Source: Eledone cirrhosa (lineage: Eukaryota). From it: a stretch of 64,000 nt of DNA. The notes beneath the pieces are model-generated. The model did not search any database and was not told the origin of the DNA. It was given only the letters and a program-made list of their open reading frames with translations. Position 1 is the first letter of the stretch. Every line of letters begins with the position of its first letter. A program made the translations under genes and the position numbers. Positions 48,211 to 61,747 of the stretch are shown piece after piece. The stretch is from NCBI GenBank assembly GCA_964016885.1, contig OZ024748.1, positions 45,942,001-46,006,000 on the forward strand, read 5' to 3'.

Positions 48211-49137
48211 AATATAGACATAGAATATTCGAAAATATTCTGTATGTTTATAATAAACATTTTGAAGACCTAATCGCTATAGAATAGAATACGTCACGTA
48301 TTACAATTAGATTCTCGATAAAAGCAAGGGAAGTAATCTACGCGTTTCATTCTTATTAGAAATCTTCAGGACTACATATCCAGTGCTTTTATCGAGAATG
48401 ACACAGCTAGAGACTTATAGAATACTTAGGTCTTCAAAATGTTTATTATAAACATACAGAATATTTTCGAATATTCTATGTCTATATTCACATATATATC
48501 GCTATTTCAGAGCATTTATTCCAATTTCTAATTTCTGCCGGACCGGCAACCGCTCTTTCAAACCAGTTCCTGTACACAGCTAAGTATTCTATAAGTCTCT
48601 AGCTGTGTCATTCTCGATAAAAGCACTGGATATGTAGTCCTGAAGATTTCTAATAAGAATGAAACGCGTAGATTACTTCCCTTGCTTTTATCGAGAATCT
48701 AATTGTAATACGTGACGTATTCTATTCTATAGCGATTAGGTCTTCAAAATGTTTATTATAAACATACAGAATATTTTCGAATATTCTATGTCTATATTCA
48801 CATATATATCGCTATTTCAGAGCATTTATTCCAATTTCTAATTTCTGCCGGACCGGCAACCGCTCTTTCAAACCAGTTCCTGTACACAGCTAAGTATTCT
48901 ATAAGTCTCTAGCTGTGTCATTCTCGATAAAAGCACTGGATATGTAGTCCTGAAGATTTCTAATAAGAATGAAACGCGTAGATTACTTCCTTGCTTTATC
49001 GAGAATCTAATTGTAATACGTGACGTATTCTATTCTATAGCGATTAGGTCTTCAAAATGTTTATTATAAACATACAGAATATTTTCGAATATTCTATGTC
49101 TATATTCACATATATATCGCTATTTCAGAGCATTTAT

Positions 49138-49143
<6 letters not shown>
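48208..49143 (+). mobile_element. Retrozyme-like tandem array: about 2.3 copies of a 310-bp hammerhead unit plus an inverted partial unit
   Basis: Unit starts near 48428, 48738 and 49047. 48208-48429 is the reverse complement of 48580-48801. (TA)n on both sides. Confidence 0.88.
48634..48676 (+). ncRNA. Type I hammerhead ribozyme (identical copy 48944-48986; antisense copy 48333-48375)
   Basis: gtagtc CTGAAGA t ttct aata agaa t GAAA cgcg TA gattac. Stem I is extended by a 16-bp helix (attctcgataaaagca/tgcttttatcgagaat). Confidence 0.88.
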
Positions 49144-49200
<57 letters not shown>

Positions 49201-49264
49201 CATACATATATATATATATTTATATATATATATATATATATACACATACATACATATATATATA

Positions 49265-49330
<66 letters not shown>

Positions 49331-49357
49331 CATATATATACATATATATACATATAT

Positions 49358-49402
<45 letters not shown>

Positions 49403-49425
49403 TACATACATATATATACATATAT

Positions 49426-49490
<65 letters not shown>

Positions 49491-49915
49491 CACATACATA
49501 CATATATATATACATACATGCATACATGCATATATATACATATATATATATGTGTGTGTATGTGTGTGTATGTATGTAAAGGTAAACAGAAATAACAACA
49601 CAATCGGTACAATATTAGAAAGGGATATATTATATTAAAGCTTGTTATAGCAAGAAGACGGTGTTAACGTTTCGGACGCTAGCCCTTTATCAGTAGAAAG
49701 AATGGGAAATAAGATAGATTTAGGGGATATATATATTGTGGGCGTCTTCTCTTACATTATAAATGTGCGTCTGTATGGGATGTTTGTGTATGTATTTACG
49801 TCTTGTGACCTATCAATTCAACAAAAGTGTCCTGTTAAAGAACTTAATGTATTAATGGCCGTCGTCTGATAGGGGAATCTAGTAAGAATATAGAATATAT
49901 GTAAGAGCAGTTTAC

Positions 49916-50038
49916 CTGTACAAGAAAATCCATTTCCTTCATATCCAGGAATACAGGTACACGTGTAGTTTTCATTCTTGCTTTTGCATGTAGCATGTTG
50001 TGAGCAATTGTGTAGGGAAGCTTTGCATACGTCTGGAC
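49916..50038 (-). CDS. EGF exon, cassette type A copy 1
   Basis: 123 nt, phase 1-1. GPDVCKASLHNCSQHATCKSKNENYTCTCIPGYEGNGFSCT. Confidence 0.88.
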
Positions 50039-50245
50039 CTGTTGATCGATATTAAGAGATATTAATAAATACACACACAAGTATATATAATAGAGCCCAT
50101 GTGACCCGTTTCAACTATTTTAAAATCATTTTAAATAATTAAATATACAGTGGCATGTCTCTCTTTCAATCTATTCTCTCACAGCTATCATATATGTATA
50201 TATGTATGTATGTGTCCATGTATTTATATATATGTATATGTATAT

Positions 50246-50919
50246 CAGGGGCAAAGGGTGCGTGCATGCATTATAGAATTTTGAGTTGATCAATTGCACC
50301 GGTTGAAGCAAGCAGAATTTTGGCTGCTTACTAAATCCTAGCCACATAAAAAGATAACACACACACACAAATACAGAAACACAAGAACACACGACAGCGT
50401 TGGTTGAAGCAAGCAGAATTTTGGCTGCTTACTAAATCGTAGCCACATAAAAAGATAACACACACAAACAAATACAGAAACACAAGAACACAGACAGCGT
50501 TGGTTGAAGCAAGCAGAATTTTGGCTGCTTACTAAATCCTAGTCACATAAAAAGATAACACACACACACAAATACAGAAACACAAGAACACACGACAGCG
50601 TTGGTTGAAGCAAGCAGAATTTTGGCTGCTTACTAAATCGTAGCCACATAAAAATATAACACACACACACGAATACAGAAACACAAGAACACACGACAGC
50701 GTTGGTTGAAGCAAGCAGAATTTTGGCTGCTTGCTTAATTGTAGACACATAAAAAGATAACACACACACACACACACACACACATACACTAGCTAACACT
50801 ACATTCGGCTTTGACCAGGAGGGTCATTTAGAGGGAATACTGGGGAGGCTGCACAGCCCCACTTTCCGCCATGGCGATTGGACTGCATGGCCTGCTTTCC
50901 AGGTTACCCTTCGCCACTG
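50246..50919. mobile_element. hAT-like MITE with an internal ~102-bp minisatellite
   Basis: TIRs caggggcaaagggt / acccttcgccactg. About 4.6 tandem units (ggttgaagcaagcagaattttggctgctt...) at 50301-50765. Confidence 0.7.
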
Positions 50920-50976
50920 ATGTATATATGTATTTATATATATGCATATGTATATATTTATATATATATGTGTATG

Positions 50977-51037
<61 letters not shown>

Positions 51038-51039
<2 letters not shown>

Positions 51040-51474
51040 AAGGCGGGTAAAATTCCCGAGATCCATGGAAAAGTTCACCCCAGCGGTCTTTGTCCCTCAT
51101 TATCGCTGTCATGTCCTGCGTCTCCAACAGACCAATTGTCTGTCCTTAGGGCATCAACATACGTTGACCTTCATTGATGTAGTGGAGTCTGTTCTGCTGT
51201 ACGGGTCTGAGACTTGGACACTGACCAAGAAACTCACTCAGATGGTGGATGGGTGCTACACGAGAATACTGAGGATGGCTCTGAACATTAATCAGTATAC
51301 ACTGAGGATGAAAAACTCAGAGCTGTATGGGAGCATCACAAAAGTCAGCTCAAAAGTGACACAGAGGAGACTGAGTTTAGCTGGACATGCTCACCGACAT
51401 CCAGAGTTGACATTGCACTCAGTGCTCCTGTGGGAGCCCCTACATGGACACACTAGAAGAGGAAGACCAAGGTT

Positions 51475-51480
<6 letters not shown>
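51038..51480 (-). mobile_element. Same RTE-like family, 5'-inverted copy
   Basis: 51038-51170 is the reverse complement of the element 3' end (compare 15014-15143). 51171-51480 is the adjoining upstream segment in the opposite orientation. Confidence 0.85.
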
Positions 51481-51521
<41 letters not shown>

Positions 51522-51924
51522 GGTTAATATCCCCACAGGTACTAAGTACCCCTGGAAATATATAAGGTGTCTATGATACAGTCGTTGTTCTATGATATTT
51601 CAATGTTATAGTTCTGGTATGTCAAATTAATGCCATAGAACAAGCACTGTACCATAGACACCCTATATATTTCCAGGGGTACTTAGTACCTGTGGGGATA
51701 TTAACGTCTCTTAATATTCTCCGTTATGTAGAGAACAAATCTGTTGTTTTATTTAGCTGCTATTTTTAGTGGCGAGATAGACAATACGTCTATGTTTACT
51801 TCCGCTTCTACTAAGGGCTGGTTCATGCATAGGTCAAGTTTATGGCCCCATTCGATCCTGTCCTAGCTGGCAGATGGCAATATATTTTGCTGTTCCCGGG
51901 ACTTTTGTCCTAGGTAACGAAAAT

Positions 51925-52004
51925 ACTCTCTGATGATCCGAATATCTCCATTGGAAGTCCCTAGGGATCTCCAATCTTTTGTAAGGTGAAACGGTCCGTA
52001 AAAG
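51925..52004 (+). ncRNA. Probable degenerate hammerhead
   Basis: CTGATGA tcc...ttgga..tccaa...ggt GAAA cggtccg TA. Lies downstream of the inverted repeat 51517-51712. Confidence 0.55.
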
Positions 52005-52088
52005 CAAATGGAATAGGTAAATATTTAAATTCTATTTTTTAATTTATTTTAAAAAATCGTGTGAATCTTGGTTGCTCCGCTTGTCTCA

Positions 52089-52163
<75 letters not shown>

Positions 52164-52199
52164 TGCTGGTGATTAGCAAAATTAAAATAAAATACGAAC

Positions 52200-52328
52200 C
52201 ATAATAAAGGCAAGAATTCCTATCGTCTTCGATTTTGTAGTTAGTCCTGCATTTACAGGCATAGGAACCCGCTGTATTTTCACAGAAATGTTCACAAATG
52301 TGGCCCTGAACTTTACATTCATCAACAT
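52200..52328 (-). CDS. Calcium-binding EGF exon (not in the ORF track)
   Basis: 129 nt, phase 1-1, acceptor gctacag, donor G|gttcgt. DVDECKVQGHICEHFCENTAGSYACKCRTNYKIEDDRNSCLYY. Confidence 0.88.
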
Positions 52329-52717
52329 CTGTAGCACGTGGAATATGTAAAAAAATACTTTAGTTTACTTGAAGAAATAAATGTTAAAAAAATGTTTCTT
52401 TAGAAGCAAATTTTGACAGTCACAAGAATATCCGTTTCACAACATTGAGTCAAATTGTGTATGTAGCAATGCGGATAGTCTAGAATTATATATAATTCAT
52501 TTGATTTATTGATTTATTGATTTTTTATCTGAGTGTCCCGAATCTTCCAGATCGCAATTTTTCGGTCGTATGGTTGATTATAGACTTGTTCTATGTGTGA
52601 CGGTATTTTAACGATAGTTATAGCTCTGATTTATCTAAATTATTGAGCCCTCTGCCGCTCATATCGAATTTTGTTTATCGTGAACTCGTGCGCCGATTTT
52701 CCGATACTCGATTATTC

Positions 52718-52787
<70 letters not shown>

Positions 52788-53033
52788 GTAGAACACTGGA
52801 AGGTAATATCCGTAGTGGTAGAGCACTCAGTCCATGGGACGAGTTAGGTAGGAGTGTTTACACAACAGTTAGTTCACCATACCGAGAACAACTGTTTCAC
52901 CTTAGCGGATCCTCAGCTCGTAAAGGACATGGTTATACTTCCTGTTCCTTATAACCATGCCCATTACGAATTGAGGATCCGCTAAGGTGAAACAATTGTT
53001 CTCCGTATGGTGAACTAACTGTTGTGTAACCAC

Positions 53034-53091
<58 letters not shown>

Positions 53092-53573
53092 CGAAGGAAG
53101 TGTGGTAAGGAAGCAAGTGGACCATGACGCACCAGAGTACTCGATACTTTGGGTAATAGGAAAACGTTCAGGACCCCGACGGCATAATTATAATTTCCCA
53201 TTCTCAGATTCTTGTTGAAATTCTTTTTTCGCCTGCTTCCTAGCCAGCCTAATTCATCCACAGTCCTTAGAAGTTGCAATATAAATTTACTTTCAACGCT
53301 TGACCGGCTTCACCCCCTCCCCCATTGTTCTACAGGCAAGTTCAGCCACCCCCACACCCTACCCACCACCATGACAGATTTAAATGTGTTTAGGGGAAAT
53401 GTTGACCAATCCTTTTTAGAACTACAACCTTCAGAAATGCATGATCAGCTCATGACCATATATAGAAATATATCCATCGAAAAGTTCGGCTATTACCACG
53501 CTGAAAACCTAATTTAGTCCAGAAATAGCCGTCGAAACGGGTTGAGCCCTGCCGCCGGGGTCCTGAACCTTTT

Positions 53574-53620
<47 letters not shown>

Positions 53621-53787
53621 GAAAAGAAAATGTTTTTTTCATTACAGTGTGTTTGTTACCACCAGAGTGAAACGTATATAAACTGCGAATGACACGGGGA
53701 TAACATTATAATCAAACAGATTAATAAAATGAAAAAAGTACCTCCATATATATGATACTTATACTTTACTCCGTTTCTTCATTTGAT

Positions 53788-53876
<89 letters not shown>

Positions 53877-54380
53877 AAAATTAATAAAAACAATGAATAA
53901 AAACAAAGAACATGTTCCTTATATTAAAAAATTCATCATTGTACGATCGTTTCTAGGATATATATGTGTGTTGGTATGTATATCATATAGATCTATGTAA
54001 AAATATTACAAACTATCAGAGGAAATATACATACCTTCACATATATATGCTGTCTTCAGAAATTTATCTACATATATATATATGTGTGTGTCTGTGTGTG
54101 TGTAAAAGGTAAACAGAAATAACAACACAAACGGTACCGATTATGGAAGGGATATATTAGCTTAACGCTTGATATAGCAGGAAGAGGGTGTTACCGTTTC
54201 GAACGCTAGTCCTTCATCAGAAGAAATAATGAGAAATAAGAAAAATTCAGGGGTTGGGCGTGTTGGAATTGGAGGGAACGTGGCTATGAGGCGGGAGATA
54301 TATACACCACCGATTTTTACGTTAATTGATGAGAAATATACCTTTGAGTATGGCAACGAAAAATGAAGCATATAGCATAC

Positions 54381-54503
54381 CTGTACACTTAAAGCCATCA
54401 CCTATGTAGCCACTGTTGCAGGAGCATTTGTAGCTTCCAAATACGTTGGTACATGTGGCATCTGCAGAGCATTTGTGGATTCCAGTTTTGCATTCATCGA
54501 TTT
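54381..54503 (-). CDS. Calcium-binding EGF exon
   Basis: 123 nt, phase 1-1. EIDECKTGIHKCSADATCTNVFGSYKCSCNSGYIGDGFKCT. Confidence 0.93.
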
Positions 54504-54989
54504 CTGTTGACAAATTATACGGCAAATATATAAAATAGAACTTTCTTACAATTAACAATTTAAATTTTTATGTCTCTATATATGTATATGTATGACTTAT
54601 ACAGAGATATAGGCCGAAGGTTACGTCATGTTCCTTTTTCAATGGGTACGAAATGAATGTGTGTGCATTTACAGTCGCTGCTTAAATCTATTGGCAGTCA
54701 ACGCTCTGTAAGCCTTACTTCTGGTTGGTGTGTCTACCTTAACATTCTATGATATTTATGTGCTAAGGGGAAATGCTTCCTAATTAAAGTAAGAAAAGTG
54801 TTTGCTATTGTTGTGGCCACTTCCATATATGGTATTATTTACCTCGAAATGCCACGAGACCTATTTTTCTCAGGTTTTTGCTAGTACTTAGTGTATTCTA
54901 CCTTATTTAGAAATCCGCCCCAAACTAGAGCTTCATTGTAATCTGAAGATATACTCATTAGATGATAAACGAGAAAGCCTCAATGAAAC

Positions 54990-55190
54990 GTGTTAGACCA
55001 GGTTTTTGTTACCTTGATGGTTAGAATGCTTACTATTGTAATTCTTACATATCATTTGACTTTCTATACGGGTAGTGCAGGCGATTCGACACATATTTAA
55101 TGTTACGTCTAAGAAATTCACGACAGATAGGATGGCCTTTTGATAACGTTTCTCTTGAATCCCATTGACAATATATTTCGTATGAAATGA
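54990..55190 (-). mobile_element. Degraded Penelope-like RT fragment
   Basis: VVNFLDVTLN...SKHSNH motif typical of the PLE RT C-terminus. Confidence 0.55.
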
Positions 55191-55229
55191 ATTAGAAAAA
55201 TAAACAATAATACAATAGCACAAACATAC

Positions 55230-55484
55230 CTTTGCATATAATATTATTAGCATCTTTCTTGAAACCATCTTTACACAGGCACCTATATGACCCCACCATG
55301 TTGTTGCACGTTGATGTAGTTACATTGCAGTCGTTACCTGTAACACATTCATCAATATCTTCATTGCATTGATCTCCTTTCAGGCCTTTTTTGCAAACAC
55401 AACCCGTCGATCCATTGCAAGAATCACAGAACACTGAGTTACACTTATTGGAACAGTTAGTTCCCCACATATTTTTCGAACATT
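55230..55484 (-). CDS. Laminin-type/EGF plus cbEGF exon
   Basis: 255 nt, phase 1-1. KCSKNMWGTNCSNKCNSVFCDSCNGSTGCVCKKGLKGDQCNEDIDECVTGNDCNVTTSTCNNMVGSYRCLCKDGFKKDANNIICK. Confidence 0.93.
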
Positions 55485-55523
55485 CTGTAATGAAAAATAA
55501 AGTTTAGAATAACAATTACAGTT

Positions 55524-55770
55524 AGGCGTATTGCTTAGTGGTTAGAGCATTGAGCTTGCAATCGAAAGGTTGTGAGTTCAATTCTCGGACCGGGTGATGT
55601 GTTGTTTCCTTGAGTAAGACACTTTATTTCACTTTGTTCCAGTTTACTAACCTGTAGAAATGAGATGATATGACTGGGGTCCCTATCATTAAATCACCCA
55701 AGACACCTCCAACGAGATATACCTAGGAGGAGGCCAGTTAAACCTGCATAGGTGTGAGCTGTCACACATA
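55524..55770 (+). mobile_element. tRNA-derived SINE (second family)
   Basis: gcttagtggttagagc...gtgagttcaattctc head. Homologous to the nested copies at 32330-32925. Confidence 0.8.
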
Positions 55771-56566
55771 CACACATTACAGTTAGGAATAGTAATACAC
55801 GAGTATAGGCTACTAAAAGGGTCTTAGCTTGACTTTGAAGGAGTGATCCTAGAGCTGTGAAATCTTGCATGCATTAATTTCTACTCTTCTTATTAATACT
55901 TCCAAGTGGATGCAGTATGAGGATTAGAGACATTTGTAGTGATGGTTAAAGAACCAATAAGAGTAGCCTCAGTAGTAATACTAGGACAATAGTAGTAAGT
56001 GTTGTTGCTGTTGTTTAGTCCTGTCTGTTCAGCGGACACATGTCCAAAGTCATATCTGCCATGAGAATGCAATCTTGTTTTTGACATTTTGGATCTAGGA
56101 TTACATTGCTTTTGCTCGATGCCGGGCTTATAAAATACCAGTAATGTAATAGGGATAAGTATAATCGAGTAACGCTGGTGTCTTACAATGAATTACGACA
56201 GAGAGAACCTACAGAGAATACTTGTAATATGTTTATTTTATAGGGACAATCCCTTGTAACTTTGGCTTCCATCCTACCTCGTCTCTGAAGTGCGGAACAG
56301 CATAATTAGTCTATGGTACTTAACCTTTTAGTTACCAACCCGGCAAAAACCGGTTCTGGTTCTATGAAATAAAACCATCCATTTTAAAGGTTTCCAATTT
56401 AAATTACAATCTTCCAACATACTTTTATACAAGAACCTTACATTAATTTACTATCTTAGTAATGAATAAAATAATAATTTCGGTAAAACACTCAAAATAT
56501 AGCGTATTTCATTAGAAATATGATCATGAAAGCGTTTAAAAACAACGGAAGAAGAAAGGAACTCAC

Positions 56567-56686
56567 TTTTACACGTTGACGTAGGCTGATCATACTTTTC
56601 TCCGTCATTACAATAGCAGACGAAACTACCATCAGTATTATTACAGAGAGCACTTCCACATGCTTTGTTGTTGCATTCGTTGGTGT
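56567..56686 (-). CDS. Calcium-binding EGF exon
   Basis: 120 nt, phase 1-1. DTNECNNKACGSALCNNTDGSFVCYCNDGEKYDQPTSTCK. Confidence 0.92.
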
Positions 56687-57054
56687 CTGGAAAAAGAGTG
56701 AGAGTAGAATCATATAACATACGAATTTAATTTTATTAATTTAGACAAAGAAGGCAAGATACCACACGTTACCATTTTTAAGGCATCCAAAAATAGTGGG
56801 AAAAAGGTAATAGATTATCCCTTAAAGAGAATCCTGACTTAGATGGTTCTTTCCGGAGGTACTCCACTGTATGCTACTAATAAGATTGATAGAAATTCGA
56901 AACCGATTGAGGATACAGCATCTAGGACAAGACCAACACATGCGTTTTACTAAGATTGGTAGATTTAGCTGTTCTATTTAGCAGGCTAGGATACATTGTA
57001 GAGGAGGCTCGCTGGGCCAATGTCCCACGTTGTTAATATGTCTTGCATGTAATA

Positions 57055-57205
57055 CATGGGCGTGTAGCTAAGGAATTAACCTCATATACAAGTGGTTCCA
57101 TGTTCAGTGTCACTGCATGGCACTTAGTAAAGAAATATCGTGTATATAGTATTGGCTTGTCAAATGCCTTGTTACTGAAATTTGATAGACAGAAGGAAAC
57201 AGACG
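57055..57205 (+). mobile_element. Degenerate SINE (third family)
   Basis: ggttccatgttcagtgtcactgcatggcacttag pattern followed by (CA)n. Confidence 0.55.
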
Positions 57206-57217
57206 CACACACACACC

Positions 57218-57293
<76 letters not shown>

Positions 57294-57454
57294 TGTCTGT
57301 CTCATAACCTGATGGTTTCACTAAAAGAAATCAACAATATAAATACTATACATAAAACAAAATAGTAAGATGGACTATGAAGGCGGTACTCCAACACTTG
57401 CTCACTCTAATGATTGAAGCCAGTAAAAGAACAGAAGTTTCCGAAATATCTTAC

Positions 57455-57556
57455 CAATGCAGCCTTTGCCTGTGTTGGTGTACCCAGATTTACAGAAACA
57501 TGTTCCATTGCTACATCCATCGTAATTAGTGCAGTTTGTATTGCAGGAAACACCGT
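57455..57556 (-). CDS. EGF-like exon
   Basis: 102 nt, phase 1-1. NGVSCNTNCTNYDGCSNGTCFCKSGYTNTGKGCI. Confidence 0.88.
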
Positions 57557-57930
57557 CTATGAAAAATAAATTGAAACATCAATTAATAATTATTTCTACT
57601 TTAGGCACAAGGCCAGCAATTAACCAGTACATTACTGGTACTTTATTTTATCGACACCGTAAGGATGAAAGGCAAAGTTAACCTCGGCGGGATTTGAACT
57701 CATAATTGCAAGGGCCGTAACTCTATGCGTCAAAGCATGGTGTCCGACCCTCTACCAATACTGCCAATCCACATTAATAATAGAGAGTTCAATTTCTAGA
57801 AGCCTAATCCTTTTTTTTCATTCCCTACAAACGTAAAAGCATATTTATGTGGGGTTACGGTATTTGTTTCACAAATGATGTGGCTGGGGTAAAGTAGTAA
57901 TAGTCATACTCTATAAATAGATAGATATAT

Positions 57931-58550
57931 TTCTTTATTTACCATAAAGGCATAAAAAGAAGGGACAAATACAAAGGGGGAGTTTACATATAATCGAGTA
58001 AAAAGGGTGTAACATGAAAATAATCGAAAATAACCTCAAAAGGGAGGGGACGTGATGGGGTTGCACACACCCCCGAAAAAGTGTGCAATCCTTTGCCCGG
58101 GGAGCACATGGAGAAGGTGCTCCCCTCTCCTTTACTTCTTTACCTACAGGATGGTATACAGAGAAGGCCCATTTACACGAGCCATTCTCGCCACTATCAC
58201 CCACCTTTCATAAAACTGCCTGTGGCCAAGCACCTCTCTCTCCATTCTTATCCTTCTTCCGAAGTGATATCGGAAGAAGTAGACCAGACTATGGCCAGAG
58301 AGGAAGTTGCCTGACCTCAGACCTTTCAATCGCGTCCACCAAACAACCTCTTTCAACATGGCTATTACGCACAGAAAAACCGCCTTTGTTTCCTTTGTGA
58401 AGAGGGGAGGCGGTTTGATTGTCATCACGGACTCGGCGGTCAATTTAATCGGCGCCACCCGCGACAGCAGTCGTTCGGCGTAGCCCCACAGATCAGCCAC
58501 GCCCGGATATTGCACCAATGCGTGCGCAACGGTTTCTTCGTGACGCACGC
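57931..58550 (-). mobile_element. 3' fragment of an L1/Tx1-clade LINE with target-site duplication
   Basis: EETVAHALVQYP..LW zinc-knuckle-like tail. The 18-bp direct repeat tctataaatagatagata occurs at 57910 and 58560. Confidence 0.75.
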
Positions 58551-58625
58551 TTTATAAATTCTATAAATAGATAGATAGACAGATATATAGATAGATAAGT
58601 GAATTATAAAATATTAGTTGCTTAC

Positions 58626-58751
58626 TTGATTTGCATGTTTTCTTATCCGCATTGAGAATGGAACCAGTAAAGCATTTACACTCATAAGAGCCATATGTAT
58701 TCTGACACTCATGTTGGCAACCATGTTTATTCGTAAGACACTCGTCGATAT
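58626..58751 (-). CDS. Calcium-binding EGF exon
   Basis: 126 nt, phase 1-1, donor gtaag. DIDECLTNKHGCQHECQNTYGSYECKCFTGSILNADKKTCKS. Confidence 0.93.
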
Positions 58752-59861
58752 CTGTGGGAAAATGATATATATATATATATAGAACGATAGATAGAGTAGG
58801 TTTTGATATCCATTATTGATTTGACTAGCAAATATCTAAAAACGGGTTTGTTAATACAACTTGTTTTAGTACATTTCTATTACACACACACACACACGTG
58901 CGCGCGCGCGTGAGTCTGTGTGTGTATGGCAACAGTTACAGTTAGCGCGCCGTTGAAGCACTCAATAAAAACATAGTTTGTATATATGTTGCATAACTAA
59001 CTTCGAATCATGATGTTGATCTGTTCTCCTTTTCGGGTAGTGTTATCGATATGCTCAAAGAGAGGGATTATTCTAGTGGAAGGCCTTTCCCCACTTAAAA
59101 AACCTTCAAAGCACAGGCATTGCTTGTTCAGGATCTATTACAGGTTCATATGGCTGGCCGTAGCCTAAAAGTGCACCATTTTCTGTAATGTGACAAGCGA
59201 TTGCAACACTCTTAGCAGAGTGTTCAGCCATCATATATATGTAGGCAAAGAGAAACCACAAGCCAATCAACACACTACAATAAAGAAATAGCTTATAATT
59301 TTTACGCTTGATATAGTAGGGAAAGAATCTGAACGTTTCGGGCACTAGCCCTTCATCAGAATATAGGAAGGAGAGTATGCAGTGACAAAAACGAAAAATA
59401 ACGAATTTTCTTCGAGAAAAAACAGGTCTGTTCATGGGGCCATGTTTTGGATTGATATAATAAAGAAGTCAGTGCAGTTGAATCTTACGTGATATTATTC
59501 ATTACATTAGTACTTTTATATATATTTTACTGTTATCTGTTGTGTAATAGAAACGGCATCATCAGACAGCTATTGTCTAATCATTTGGTACATATAATCT
59601 CGCGTCCCAAATTATAGAGAACTATAAGCGGAGACGGGTGTGGGGGAAACAGTAATTTTTCAAGGTTGTTTCCGCTGGTGTTTTTGAAACCCAGAATTAG
59701 TCGTTTAATTTACATGTTGAGACAGCATGTTGAGACCGCAAATCATCCTATTTATTTTATAAGTTACGAGAGTTCTAGTAATGTACTTTTTTGTCATATA
59801 TAATGTGTTTTTTAATGTCTAAAGAATATTAATTGTCGCAGGAATGTTACCACATCCTCTT

Positions 59862-60075
59862 TAGCATTTACATTACTCTGTATTTACTATTGTATTTTCA
59901 CCGTAAAGGCTTTAGCTCACATAATATCTCGCATAGCATTTACATTACTCTATATATACTATTGTATTTTCACCGTAAAGGCTTTAGCTCACATAATATC
60001 TCGCATAGCATTTACATTACTCTATATATACTATTGTATTTTCATCGTAAAGGCTTTATCTCACATAATTATCTC
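59862..60075. repeat. 72-bp tandem repeat x3
   Basis: tagcatttacattactct...ggctttagctcacataatatctcgca repeated. Confidence 0.9.
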
Positions 60076-60243
60076 ACACAATTTTGAATCTATGAGATTT
60101 TGATATGATTTATTTTAAGAACAATACCTTAGAATCAATTTGAGCGGCCGGTTACGGCTAGTTTGAACAGAAAAAGTGGGAGACAATTTTGGCAGCTTTT
60201 CAAACTACAACTCCTGAATAGATATTAAATAATTGGTAGTTAC

Positions 60244-60363
60244 CTTTACATTCATGATTGTTGGACCCAGATTTGACAAAGCCTTCTTTGCACTGGCATT
60301 CATAACTTCCATAAGTGTTCAAACAAGTTTGGTTACAAATGTTGTAATTGCATTCGTTCTTGT
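60244..60363 (-). CDS. Calcium-binding EGF exon
   Basis: 120 nt, phase 1-1. DKNECNYNICNQTCLNTYGSYECQCKEGFVKSGSNNHECK. Confidence 0.92.
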
Positions 60364-60627
60364 CTGTATGGGATAAAATAATGTTTTAATGCGTGTATAA
60401 ATTTACATATACATCTGTACACAAACGCACACATACATATATACATATATATGTATATGTATGTATATATATATATGTATGTATATATATGTATCTGTAT
60501 GTATGTATATGTATGTCTATGTATGTATATCTATGAATGTATATATGTGTATGTATATATATGTATGTATATATATATATGTATATGTATCTATATGTAT
60601 GTATGTATGTCTATGTATGTATGTATG

Positions 60628-61019
60628 TTATTTTCTCTTTCTCTTAATTTCGAGTATATTTTTTTGACCGGCCACCTTCCTGGTGGCAAGGCTGTAAAAG
60701 AAAAGAAATTGTCATCCCTTGAATCGCAAGAATGTTTTGCAAATTTTGAAGGTGCCAGCTATCGCAGCCATTTGTAGACTATGAATTAGGGAGCTGCGCT
60801 TTTTGTCCGCAAATCCAAGTTCAGTCATACTTTGGTCCAAGCGGGTTGGTATATAACCCGTAGCTCCAATAATGATGGGTATGAAGCTAAAGGTGTATCT
60901 TGGATACTGGATTTGTAAACTCCTCATCAATGGTCCGTAGATGTCCTCCTTCTCCTGTATTTTACTCACAACGTTTACATCAAGTGGGCAGCTGATCTCC
61001 ACAACAGAACACGTTTTCA
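60628..61019 (-). mobile_element. 3' fragment of an R4/Dong-like RLE element in (CATA)n
   Basis: KTCSVVEISCPLD...FIPIIIGATGYI. Flanked by (TATG)n on both sides. Confidence 0.85.
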
Positions 61020-61715
61020 TGTATGTATGTATGTATGTATGTATGTATGTCAAAGGGAAAAGGAGCTGTTAAGAGTCAATAGCCATCCAAAATCACCGGG
61101 AGAGATGACCCCTTAGCCTTTGTCAAGGCAGAATTCTAGGAGAAGGAAAACTCTGATATAACACCTGCAACCCTCATGGTATCCAATGATGTTGACTTTT
61201 CTTCTTTTTGGTAAATATCATCTTGGTTAAGAGAGTGAGACTGGCTTTGTGCAGTGCCTTTGCTCACTATAAAAGCTTCACGGCACAGGCATTGCTTTAT
61301 ATCTGGAGATCTCTCTGCACTTGTCACATGGTACCATGGGCCCAGCACTATGTGTCAATAATTGTCACAAGTGTAGTGTTTCTACCAGAGTTTTCAAGTC
61401 GCTGGCTGGACTAAAAAGTCACACTCGTTCAGCGCATCAGTAGGGGTTCTCCTACATGGTTATAAAGTAGTGGCCGTACTCGAAAACGAGTTGGCAGCCA
61501 CCATATCTATGTATATATGTGTATATATATGTATGTATATGTATGTACGTATATGTATGCATATGTATGATTGTCTATGTATGTATGTCTATGTATGTAT
61601 GTATATGTATGTACGTATATATATGTATATATATGTATATATATGTATATATATGTATGATTGTATATATATATATGTATGTATATGTATCTATATGTCA
61701 GTACGTATATGTATG

Positions 61716-61747
<32 letters not shown>

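Noticed and set aside
50301-50765. Regularly spaced repeats resembling a CRISPR array
   Set aside because: Whole ~102-bp units repeat with no unique spacers. There are no cas genes and the context is a eukaryotic MITE.
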